Shown piece after piece: positions 11,585 to 19,610 of a DNA stretch of 32,000 bases. The stretch's first letter is position 1. Every line of letters starts with the position of its first letter. Under the pieces are notes generated by a model. The model did no database searches and had not been told where the DNA came from. It was given only the letters and a program-made list of their open reading frames with translations. The translations under genes were made by a program, and so were the position numbers. This DNA is from Schaalia meyeri (GTDB lineage Bacteria; Actinomycetota; Actinomycetes; Actinomycetales; Actinomycetaceae): positions 60,001 to 92,000 of the forward strand of contig NZ_FNLK01000005.1 in NCBI RefSeq assembly GCF_900105015.1. The letters run 5' to 3'.

Positions 11585-14500
11585 ATGTACCTGAAAAACC
11601 TGACGCTGCGGGGCTTTAAGTCCTTTGCCGGCGCGACCACGCTGGCCCTTAAGCCGGGTATTACGTGCGTCGTGGGCCCCAACGGGTCGGGAAAATCGAA
11701 CGTCGTTGACGCGCTGGCCTGGGTCATGGGCGAGCAGGGCGCGCGTGCTCTGCGCGGTTCGCAAATGGCGGACGTCATTTTCGCCGGGACATCTGGGCGC
11801 GCGGCGCTGGGGCGCGCCCAGGTGGACCTGACGATTGACAACACCGACGGCTTGCTCGACATCGAGTATTCGGAGGTGACGATCAGCCGCACCCTGTTCC
11901 GCGGGGGCGGCTCGGAGTATTCGATCAACGGCACGCCGGTGAGGCTGCTGGACGTGCAGGAGCTCTTGTCCGACACGGGCATGGGCCGCCAGATGCACGT
12001 CATCGTCGGCCAGGGACAGCTGGACGCGATCCTGTCGTCAACCCCGCAGGAGCGGCGCGGCTTCATCGAGGAGGCCGCGGGCGTGCTCAAGCACCGGCGC
12101 CGCAAGGAACGAGCCCTGAAGAAGCTGACGGACATGGACGCGAACCTGGTGCGCATCCTGGATCTGACCAACGAGATTCACCGGCAGCTGGGGCCGCTTG
12201 CTCGTGCGGCGCGGATGGCCAAGCGAGCGTCTTTGATCCAGGCGCGCGTGCGTGACGCGAAGGCGCGGCTCTTGGCGGACACTCTGGCGTCGGCGCGCTC
12301 GAAGCTGGCCGCGATGGAGGCGTCGGACGAGGAAGCGGCGTCACGGCGGCACCGGCTCCAGGAACGGATCGAGCACGGGCGGACCGAGCTGGCCCGCCTA
12401 GAGGAAGCCGAGAGGGCGGCGTCCCCGGCCATAGAGCAGGCCTCGGTAGACTGGCAGGAGTTGACGACGCTGACGGAGCGACTGCGCGGCACACTCATGG
12501 CGGCGTCCCAGAAGGTTTCTGCGCGAGCCACCCCGGAGCGGCCCCGGAGCGGCGAGGACCCGCAGGCCCTGGAGGAGCGTGCCCGCTTGGCGGGCCGCGA
12601 GGACGCCGATGTTGCCGAGCAGGTTGAGGCGGCTCACAGCGCGCTGACCGAGGCGACGCGCGCCCGCGAGGCGGCGGAGGACGCCGACGATTCAGCTTCG
12701 CGCAAGCTCGCGCGCGTCAACCGCGTGATCGCCGACCACCGCGAAAAGGTCGCCCGGCTGACGGGTGACGCCTCGACGGCATCGTCCCGTTTGGAGGCGG
12801 CGGTCGCCGAGGCCGAGCGCGCCTGGGGCGCGTACCGGGAAGCGCAGGAGCGGGCCAAGGAGGCCGATGCTGCTGTTCCGGTTGCCTCGGTGGACGGGGC
12901 CGGGGGCGGGTCCGGTGTGTCGGATGACGCTGGCGCGTCGGACGGTTCTGGCTCCACGGGCGAATCCGGTTTTCCGAGCGAGGGGGCCGGGGGAGCGGCG
13001 CGGGCACACGCTCGGGCCTCGGCAATGCGCGATGCCGCGCGTGCCCGCGTGGACGAGCTGCTCGGCGTGGAGCGCGAGGTGCGGGCCGACCGCGCCCGCT
13101 GGGAGGCCCGCAGGGACGCGCTCTCGCAGCTGCTCACCCCCGAGGACGGCACAGCCGAGCTGCTGGGCCGTGAAGGGGTTTTGGGCCAGGTCGCGTCCCT
13201 CCTGCGCGTTGCTCCCGGGTTCGAGGACGCCGTCGCCGCGGCGCTGGCTCCCTTTGCGGATGCCGTCGTGGTCGAGTCCCTGGAGCGAGGCGTGGGCGAG
13301 CTGGCGGAGGCCCGCGTCGCCGGTCGGGCGCTCAGGTTGGTCGTCGCGCCTACAGGCGAGGCGGCTCAATGCCTCGGCTCTCGCGCGGATATCGGCGCGG
13401 AATCACCCGTTTCGGGGAGTGCCAAGCTGCTCGGGGGCGACGCCGCCGCCAACCCCGTTGCTGCGCCGAACCCCACCGACGCCGCGGATCTGCCCGCCCT
13501 GCCAGATGAGGCGACGTGGCTGCTGTCGGTGGCCACCTGCGAGGGGCCGACCGCGGCTCTTACCCCGTTGCTTGAGGGGGTGGTGGCGTGCGGCGCCCAG
13601 ATTGCCCCCGACGTGTTGGCAATTCCGGGCGTGCGCGCCGTCGTCACCGAGGGCGGGGACGTGCTGCGTTCCTGGTCGATCGAGGGAGGGCGTCAGGCTT
13701 CCTCCGTGCTGTCGGTGCGAGCCGATTTCGAGGAGGCCAGTTCGCAGGCGAAGGAAGCCGGGGCGCGTATGGCTGAGGTCTGCGCTCAGCTGCAACTGGC
13801 CAACGATGACTTGGACCGACGCATCAGGGCGGCGGGCGAGGCGTTGAAGGCTCTGCGCGAGGAGGACGCGCAGCGAGCGAAGGAGGCCCAGGAGCTGGCT
13901 CGCGCCCAATCGGCAGCGCAGGCCGCCCGCGCGGAGGCCGCCCGCGCCCGCGAGGTCGCGCGCCGCGCCGACGAACAGATCGAGTGGGCGCGCGAGCAGG
14001 ACGTAGCCGCGCGCGCCCAGCTAGCGGGCGCCGACACGGTGGGGCCTGGTGAATCCCTCGAGGAGGCTCAGGCCGGTGCGGATCGGGCCTCTCGGGATGC
14101 ACGCGAGGCGCGCGAGAGGGAAAACGAGGCGCGCCTGGCCCTGCGAACGCTCGAAGAACAGTCGCGGCGCGCCGCCTCCCGTGCCCGCTCGCTGCGCCAA
14201 GCGGCCGCTGCCGAACGCGAGGAGCGTGCCCGCTATGCCCAGCGCGAGGCGGCGCGGAAGGCAGAGCTGGCCACGGCCTCGGACGTGGAGGCTGCCGCGC
14301 GCGTGGCGCTGGACGCTGCCGAAAGGGCGCTCGCGCGGGCGACCGCCGAGCGCGACCGGCTAAGCGAGCGGCGCTTGGAGGTGTCCCGGGAGGTGTCGGA
14401 TGCCCGGCGTGCGCTGGATGGGATGAGTGCTGAGCTGGCCGAAGCCACGAACGCGGCACACCGCGGGCAGATCGCGGCCGAGCAGACGCGCCTGCGCGTG

Positions 14501-15295
14501 GAGGATCTAGAGCGGCGCGCCCTGGAGGAGCTGTCGCTGGAGGGGGATCAGCTGATCGCCGAGTTTGGGCCGCACACGTTGGTGCCGATGCTGCCCCTGG
14601 ATCCCGATCAGGTTGAGGCGGCGGCCGCCGCGGAACCCGGCCCGTACGTGCGTGCGGAGCAGGAACGGGCGCTGGCGCAGGCACAGAAGGAGCTGGAAAA
14701 GCTGGGGCGCGTGAACCCGTTGGCTCTGGAGGAGCACGAGGCCCTGGCGGCCCGGCACAAGTTCCTGGTGGACCAGGTGCAGGACCTGAAGAAGTCGAAG
14801 GCGGACCTGCTGCGCATCGTGGCGGACGTGGACCGCCTGGTGGAGGAGGCGTTTGCGTCGGCATTCGCCGAGACGCGCGAGCAATTCGAGCATGTGTTTT
14901 CTGTGCTGTTCCCGGGTGGGCACGGGGACCTGGTGCTGACCGATCCGGAGGACATGCTCTCCACGGGCATCGAGATCGAGGCGAGGCCGGCGGGCAAGAA
15001 GGTTAAGCGCCTGTCGTTGCTGTCGGGTGGTGAACGATCGTTGGCGGCGATCGCCTTCCTGGTGGCGATCTTCAAGGCACGCCCCTCGCCGTTTTACGTC
15101 ATGGACGAGGTCGAGGCGGCCCTGGACGACGTGAACCTGACGCGCCTGCTGGCCATCTTCAAGGAGTTGCAGGAGACATCGCAGCTAATCATCGTCACCC
15201 ACCAGAATCGCACGATGGAGATCGCCGACGCCCTCTACGGTGTCACCATGCGCGACGGCGTCACGACCGTGGTGTCCCAGCGGCTGGGGGAGTAG
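11585..15295 (+). CDS. smc: Chromosome segregation protein SMC
   Basis: Listed ORF, 1236 aa. Walker A GPNGSGKSNVVDA, long A/R/E-rich coiled coils, a hinge around GFEDAVAAAL, the signature LSGGERSLAAIAF and Walker B FYVMDEVEAALD are all present. AAGGA lies upstream of the ATG. Confidence 0.95.
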   Translation: MYLKNLTLRGFKSFAGATTLALKPGITCVVGPNGSGKSNVVDALAWVMGEQGARALRGSQMADVIFAGTSGRAALGRAQVDLTIDNTDGLLDIEYSEVTISRTLFRGGGSEYSINGTPVRLLDVQELLSDTGMGRQMHVIVGQGQLDAILSSTPQERRGFIEEAAGVLKHRRRKERALKKLTDMDANLVRILDLTNEIHRQLGPLARAARMAKRASLIQARVRDAKARLLADTLASARSKLAAMEASDEEAASRRHRLQERIEHGRTELARLEEAERAASPAIEQASVDWQELTTLTERLRGTLMAASQKVSARATPERPRSGEDPQALEERARLAGREDADVAEQVEAAHSALTEATRAREAAEDADDSASRKLARVNRVIADHREKVARLTGDASTASSRLEAAVAEAERAWGAYREAQERAKEADAAVPVASVDGAGGGSGVSDDAGASDGSGSTGESGFPSEGAGGAARAHARASAMRDAARARVDELLGVEREVRADRARWEARRDALSQLLTPEDGTAELLGREGVLGQVASLLRVAPGFEDAVAAALAPFADAVVVESLERGVGELAEARVAGRALRLVVAPTGEAAQCLGSRADIGAESPVSGSAKLLGGDAAANPVAAPNPTDAADLPALPDEATWLLSVATCEGPTAALTPLLEGVVACGAQIAPDVLAIPGVRAVVTEGGDVLRSWSIEGGRQASSVLSVRADFEEASSQAKEAGARMAEVCAQLQLANDDLDRRIRAAGEALKALREEDAQRAKEAQELARAQSAAQAARAEAARAREVARRADEQIEWAREQDVAARAQLAGADTVGPGESLEEAQAGADRASRDAREARERENEARLALRTLEEQSRRAASRARSLRQAAAAEREERARYAQREAARKAELATASDVEAAARVALDAAERALARATAERDRLSERRLEVSREVSDARRALDGMSAELAEATNAAHRGQIAAEQTRLRVEDLERRALEELSLEGDQLIAEFGPHTLVPMLPLDPDQVEAAAAAEPGPYVRAEQERALAQAQKELEKLGRVNPLALEEHEALAARHKFLVDQVQDLKKSKADLLRIVADVDRLVEEAFASAFAETREQFEHVFSVLFPGGHGDLVLTDPEDMLSTGIEIEARPAGKKVKRLSLLSGGERSLAAIAFLVAIFKARPSPFYVMDEVEAALDDVNLTRLLAIFKELQETSQLIIVTHQNRTMEIADALYGVTMRDGVTTVVSQRLGE

Positions 15296-15304
15296 GGGAG
15301 AGGC
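15295..15304. repeat. Left copy of a 10-bp direct repeat GGGGAGAGGC flanking the IS110-family element
   Basis: An identical 10-mer occurs at 16890-16899. The first G is the last base of the smc TAG stop. Confidence 0.7.
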
Positions 15305-15653
15305 AGACTAATTGCCGCTTCACGTCTGCCGTGCGGCATGGCTGACACAACCTCGAGAGTACTCGGTTTCTGCTTGCTTTCATCCGTCCCCGTTGCTGTA
15401 TTGAGGAGCCCTAGTTCTGCTGGTTTTGCGGGATGATGGGTGTGTTGGCTGGACGATCCCGGCATGATTGTTTGCCCCTGTCTCTGTGATTGATCCGGGG
15501 GTGTTGTCACCGGGGTCGGACAGACGTTCGTGATTGCTGATAAGGGGCGTGGCACTGGAATATGATGCCTGTCGTAACGTGGGTGTAAGGCGGATGTGTT
15601 TTTGCCGTACGGCCAACGAGTTTGACCGTTTCTATCTCGAAGGCGAGAGCATT
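15305..15653 (+). ncRNA. Non-coding left end of the IS110 element; candidate bridge-RNA locus (hypothesis)
   Basis: A 349-nt non-coding stretch lies upstream of the recombinase start, the position where IS110-group elements encode their guide (bridge) RNA. Local stems are visible, for example GGCAGAC 15302-15308 with GTCTGCC 15324-15330, and GCCGC 15314-15318 with GCGGC 15333-15337. No covariance model was run. Confidence 0.3.
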
Positions 15654-16854
15654 ATGGAACCAGAAGATGTCACGATCTGGCTGGGTATCGACGTGGGAAA
15701 GACCGATCACTGGGCAGTCGTTGTTAACGACGCTGGCGAGCAAGGCTATTCCCATTCACTGCCTAACGACGAAAGCAAACTACGCCAGATCTATGCCGAT
15801 CTGGCGGCTCACGGCCGCATGCGGATCGTTGTCGATCAACCCGCAACAATCGGCGCTCTAGCTGTCGCGGTCGCGCAGGCGATGGGAATCGCTGTCGCAT
15901 ATCTACCAGGCTTGGCAATGCGACGCATTGCCAAGCCTGTAGCCAGGTAATGCGAAAACTGACCAGCGTGATGCGTTCATCACCACCCAAGCAGCTCGCA
16001 CAATGCCCCACGCGCTGCGCACTCTTCGCGCTATTGATGAAAACGATGTCGAGTTGGGGATGCTCACCGGGTTTGATGATGACCTAGCACGTCAGATCAT
16101 CCAGACTCGTAACCGGATCCGCGGCTTGTTTACACAGATTCATCCCGGTGTGGAACGCGTGATCGGGCCACGCCTAGACCATCGAGCGATCCTTGCCATG
16201 CTACAAACCTGGCCTGTTCCTGCCGCATTGAAGAAAGCCGGCCGTGCTCGCATTGGTGCCAAGCTCAAGAAACACGGAGCCAGGCGCTGGCAAGCATGGC
16301 CAACGAGATTATCGATGCTCTTGCCACGCAGACAGTGACCGTGACGGGTGCGAACGCAGCAGCCATCGTCGTACCGCACCTCGCGCAAACCTGAGCCGGG
16401 CTCTATCGTCAACGCGATGATTGTTGAGACACAGATCGAGGCGTTGGTGACCGAACACCCTCTTTACCCGGCCCTAACCTCCGTGCCCGGTGTCGGGGTT
16501 AGGACCACCGCCGTGATCATTGCTGAGCTCGCCGGTAAAGACTTCGACTCTGCCACCCATCTCGCATTCTATGCCGGACTCACACCAAGAACACGCCAGT
16601 CCGGGACCTCAATCAAATCCGAGACCGTCCCCCACACGGGCAACAAACGCCTCAAACGAGCCCTCTTCCTCTCCGCATTCGCTTCCCTACGTGCAGACCC
16701 CACCTCACGCCGTTACTACGACAAGAAACGCCTCGCTGGCAAACGCCACAACCAAGCCGTCATCGCACTCGCACACCGGCGCCTAACCGTCATCTACGCC
16801 ATGCTACGAGACGGCACCTTCTGCCAACCCCAGCCCACTAAAGCAGCCGCCTAG
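15654..16854 (+). pseudogene. IS110-family DEDD/Ser recombinase (transposase) pseudogene, split over three frames
   Basis: Homologous segments are MEPEDVTIWLGIDVGKTDHWAVV... (15654-15935), PGNAKTDQRDAFITTQAARTMPHALRTLRAI...HGARRWQAW (15943-16299), ANEIIDALATQTVTVTGANAAAIVVPHLAQ (to 16391), and ETQIEALVTEHPLYPALTSVPGVGVRTTAVIIAEL...TPRTRQSGTSIKS...GNKRLKRALF (to 16854). I located five lesions: an indel near 15933-15936, an in-frame TAG at 15940-15942, a 1-nt deletion near 16300, a TGA at 16392-16394, and a 1-nt insertion near 16422. Confidence 0.85.
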
Positions 16855-16889
16855 ACTTGACAAAGGAAATAGGGGCACGTAAAGACAGT

Positions 16890-16899
16890 GGGGAGAGGC
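16890..16899. repeat. Right copy of the 10-bp direct repeat GGGGAGAGGC
   Basis: Identical to 15295-15304. It ends 1 nt before the stop codon (16901-16903) of the convergent minus-strand gene. Confidence 0.7.
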
Positions 16900-16900
16900 T

Positions 16901-17116
16901 TCAGTCGGTCATAAAGTGGCGCTCGTCCAGGATCTGCGCGCCGGAGCCCACCAGGGAAGGCAGGTGCTCGTTCGCGTGGTGGCCGCAAAAAAACAGCTGG
17001 CCACCCGACGGCATGGTGGCACGGACCCACGCGCGGGCACCGCACGCGTCGCAACGATTCGCCGCGCTCAGCTGGGGCTCGTCCAGTGTGGGGCGTTCAA
17101 GAGTCTGTGCCTTCAT
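16901..17116 (-). CDS. Small conserved actinobacterial zinc-ribbon-like protein (about 71 aa; DUF7455-like)
   Basis: Listed ORF 16901..17254. The conserved core MKAQTLERPTLDEPQLSAANRCDACGARAWVRATMPSGGQLFFCGHHANEHLPSLVGSGAQILDERHF carries C-x2-C ... C-x-H-H. I place the start at ATG 17116. The upstream 46 codons are Gly/Arg-rich and overlap a G-run tract. ATG 17134 is an alternative start. Confidence 0.6.
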   Translation of the reverse strand: MKAQTLERPTLDEPQLSAANRCDACGARAWVRATMPSGGQLFFCGHHANEHLPSLVGSGAQILDERHFMTD

Positions 17117-17381
17117 GATTCCATCACACACCATCGCCCCATCCCGCGCACCCCTGTTCACCGGTGGCGCAATCCCGCGCCGGATCACGAAACCGCGCGT
17201 CATACGTGCACAAACCCCTCCCGGGTTCCCGCAGCCCACCCCACCCGTGCGCATAACCTAGCCACGTGCCCCGCAACCGCGTCCGCCTGCCCAACCAAAC
17301 CCGGCCCTAATGATGCGTGGAAAGCGTCCCAGAACAGCCGCCACGCGCCCCACCGACCCCAATCCAACGCCCGGGACCCCT

Positions 17382-19502
17382 ATGATGCACCACGTGACTC
17401 CTACCGACGCATCCGACTACAACGCACGGCACCTCTCAGTCCTCGAAGGACTCGAGGCCGTGCGCAAGCGCCCCGGCATGTACATCGGCTCCACCGACCA
17501 CCGAGGTCTCATGCACTGCCTCTGGGAGATCATCGACAACGCCGTCGACGAGGCCCTGGAAGGACACTGCGACACCATTGACGTGCGGCTGCACCCCGAC
17601 CACTCCGCCTCCGTCGCCGACAACGGACGAGGCATCCCCGTCGACATCGTTCCCGGTCAGGGCCTGACCGGCGTCGAAGTCGTCTACACCAAGCTTCATG
17701 CTGGCGGAAAGTTCGGCGGCGGTTCCTATGCCGCATCCGGTGGCCTCCACGGCGTGGGCGCCTCCGTCGTCAACGCTCTGTCCGCCCGCCTCGACGTGCA
17801 GGTCGACCGTGGCGGCAAGACTCATGAAATGTGCTTCCGTCGCGGAGAACCCGGGCAATTCGATGACTCCAAGCAGCGCACACCCAACTCGCCCTTCACT
17901 CCCTTTATCGACGGGTCCACCCTGGCCACCGTCGGCAAGGTCAAGAAGAACAAGACGGGCACGCGCGTGCGATTCTGGGCCGACTTCCAGATCTTCCCCG
18001 CCACCGAAGGATTTTCCTGGGAAAACCTGCTGGCCCGCGCCCGGCAGACAGCCTTCCTCGTCCCCGGCCTGACCATCAACTGCCACGACGAACGCGGCGA
18101 GGAAGAGGTCACCGAGAGCTTCCGCTTCGACGGCGGAGTCCTCGATTTCGCGAACTGGCTCGCCACCGACGGGGCCGTCACCGACACCTGGCACATCACC
18201 GGGTCCGGCACCTACCCCGAGACCGTGCAGGTCCTCGACCCCGAGAGCGGCCACCTGCGCGCCACCGAGGTCCAGCGCACCTGCGACGTCGACATCGCCC
18301 TGCGCTGGGGCATCGGATACGACACCACCGTGCGTTCCTTCGTCAATATCATCGCCACCCCCAAGGGCGGCACGCACGTCACGGGCTTCGAACAGGCCGT
18401 CCTGAAAACCCTGCGCGCCGCCATCGACAAGAACGCGCGCAAACTCAAGGTCGGCGCCAAAGACGGCCGACTTGAAAAGGACGACGTGCAGGCCGGCATG
18501 ACCGCCGTCATCACCGTCCGATTCCCCGAACCCCAGTTCGAAGGCCAAACCAAGGAAACCCTGGGCACCCCGCAGATTCGCGCCGTCGTCAACCGGGTCG
18601 TCACCGACTGGCTGAAAGCCAAGTTCGCTTCCTCCAAGCGCGACGACAAACAGCAGACCTCCCTGCTCATGGAGAAGGTCGTCGGCGAAATGAAGGCCCG
18701 CGTCTCCGCGCGCATCCACAAAGAGATTTCCCGCAAGAAGAACGCCCTGGAAACCTCCTCGCTGCCCGCCAAACTGGCCGACTGTCGCCTCGAGGACGTC
18801 ACCGAAACAGAGCTCTTTATCGTCGAGGGCGACTCCGCCCTGGGAACCGCGAAGGCGGCGCGTAACTCCCACTACCAGGCGCTCTTCCCGATCCGCGGCA
18901 AGATCCTCAACGTCCAAAAGGCCTCAACCGCGGACATGCTGGCAAACGCGGAATGCGCCAACATCATTCAGGTTATCGGCGCGGGATCCGGACGCACCTT
19001 CGACCTGTCCCAGGCCAGATACGGCAAGGTCATCCTCATGACCGACGCCGACGTCGACGGCGCCCACATCCGCACCCTGCTGCTCACCCTTTTCTTCCGC
19101 TACATGCGTCCCATGGTCGAGGCCGGGCGCATTTACGCCGCAGTCCCACCCCTGCACCGAATCGAGGTCGCCGGAAAGGGGCGCAAGAAACGCGAATACG
19201 TCTACACCTACTCCGAGGACGAGCTGCACGGCAAGCTCACGGCCCTGCATCGCTCGGGGCGCACGTGGAAGGAACCGATCCAGCGATACAAGGGATTGGG
19301 TGAGATGGACGCCGACCAGCTGGCCGAGACCACGATGGATCGGGCCCACCGCTCCCTGCGGAGGATTACCCTGGCGGACGAGGAGGCCCTGCGCCAGGCG
19401 GAAGACGTGTTCGAGCTGCTCATGGGGTCGACGGTCGGCCCGCGCCGCGAATTCATCGTCGAGGAGTCCGTCGGCCTGGATCGAATGCGCATCGACGCAT
19501 GA
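17382..19502 (+). CDS. parE: Type IIA DNA topoisomerase subunit B (topoisomerase IV ParE-like / second GyrB paralog)
   Basis: Listed ORF 17310..19502. VRKRPGMYIGS, DNGRGIPVD, GLHGVGASVVNALS, the Toprim EGDSALGTAK, PIRGKILNV and DADVDGAHI are present. The start is ambiguous: ATG 17310 adds 24 Pro/Thr/Arg-rich residues, and I prefer ATG 17382. Neither has a clear SD. The symbol reflects the usual annotation of the non-oriC-linked paralog and is not proof of function. Confidence 0.85.
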   Translation: MMHHVTPTDASDYNARHLSVLEGLEAVRKRPGMYIGSTDHRGLMHCLWEIIDNAVDEALEGHCDTIDVRLHPDHSASVADNGRGIPVDIVPGQGLTGVEVVYTKLHAGGKFGGGSYAASGGLHGVGASVVNALSARLDVQVDRGGKTHEMCFRRGEPGQFDDSKQRTPNSPFTPFIDGSTLATVGKVKKNKTGTRVRFWADFQIFPATEGFSWENLLARARQTAFLVPGLTINCHDERGEEEVTESFRFDGGVLDFANWLATDGAVTDTWHITGSGTYPETVQVLDPESGHLRATEVQRTCDVDIALRWGIGYDTTVRSFVNIIATPKGGTHVTGFEQAVLKTLRAAIDKNARKLKVGAKDGRLEKDDVQAGMTAVITVRFPEPQFEGQTKETLGTPQIRAVVNRVVTDWLKAKFASSKRDDKQQTSLLMEKVVGEMKARVSARIHKEISRKKNALETSSLPAKLADCRLEDVTETELFIVEGDSALGTAKAARNSHYQALFPIRGKILNVQKASTADMLANAECANIIQVIGAGSGRTFDLSQARYGKVILMTDADVDGAHIRTLLLTLFFRYMRPMVEAGRIYAAVPPLHRIEVAGKGRKKREYVYTYSEDELHGKLTALHRSGRTWKEPIQRYKGLGEMDADQLAETTMDRAHRSLRRITLADEEALRQAEDVFELLMGSTVGPRREFIVEESVGLDRMRIDA

Positions 19503-19610
19503 GGGAACACCCCGACACGCCCACCGCCAGATGCAACTGACCAACGCGAAGTGAGCAGGGTGTTTGTCGTCAGTGTGACTAAAGGCCCTCACACCCGGTA
19601 AGATGGCGGC

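Larger units (their letters stand above)
15305..16889 (+). mobile_element. IS110-family insertion sequence, decayed (about 1.59 kb; long 349-nt left end, 35-nt right end)
   Basis: Bounded by the 10-bp direct repeat. It contains IS110-type recombinase remnants. G+C is visibly lower than in the flanks. No terminal inverted repeats are seen, which is usual for this family. Removing it leaves smc and the zinc-ribbon gene with stops only about 10 nt apart. Confidence 0.75.

Noticed and set aside
15534-15653. The N-terminal 40 codons of listed ORF 15534..15950, considered as part of the IS110 recombinase.
   Set aside because: Recombinase homology begins at MEPEDVTIWLGIDVGK (ATG 15654). The upstream codons look non-coding and lie in the region expected to be the element's non-coding end.
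17195-17250. 6C-RNA-like element (C-rich loops ACCCCTCCC and CCCACCCCACCC enclosed by GTGCAC/GTGCGC).
   Set aside because: I could not fold two clean hairpins with C-rich loops, the closing stem encloses a 36-nt loop, and the genomic context differs from what I recall for 6C. It is reported only as a C-run/G4-type tract.
17310-17381. ATG 17310 as the start of the topoisomerase subunit B gene.
   Set aside because: This is not firmly rejected. The extra 24 residues (MMRGKRPRTAATRPTDPNPTPGTP) are low-complexity and unlike GyrB/ParE N-termini, so ATG 17382 is preferred. Neither start has an SD, so proteomics or TSS data are needed.
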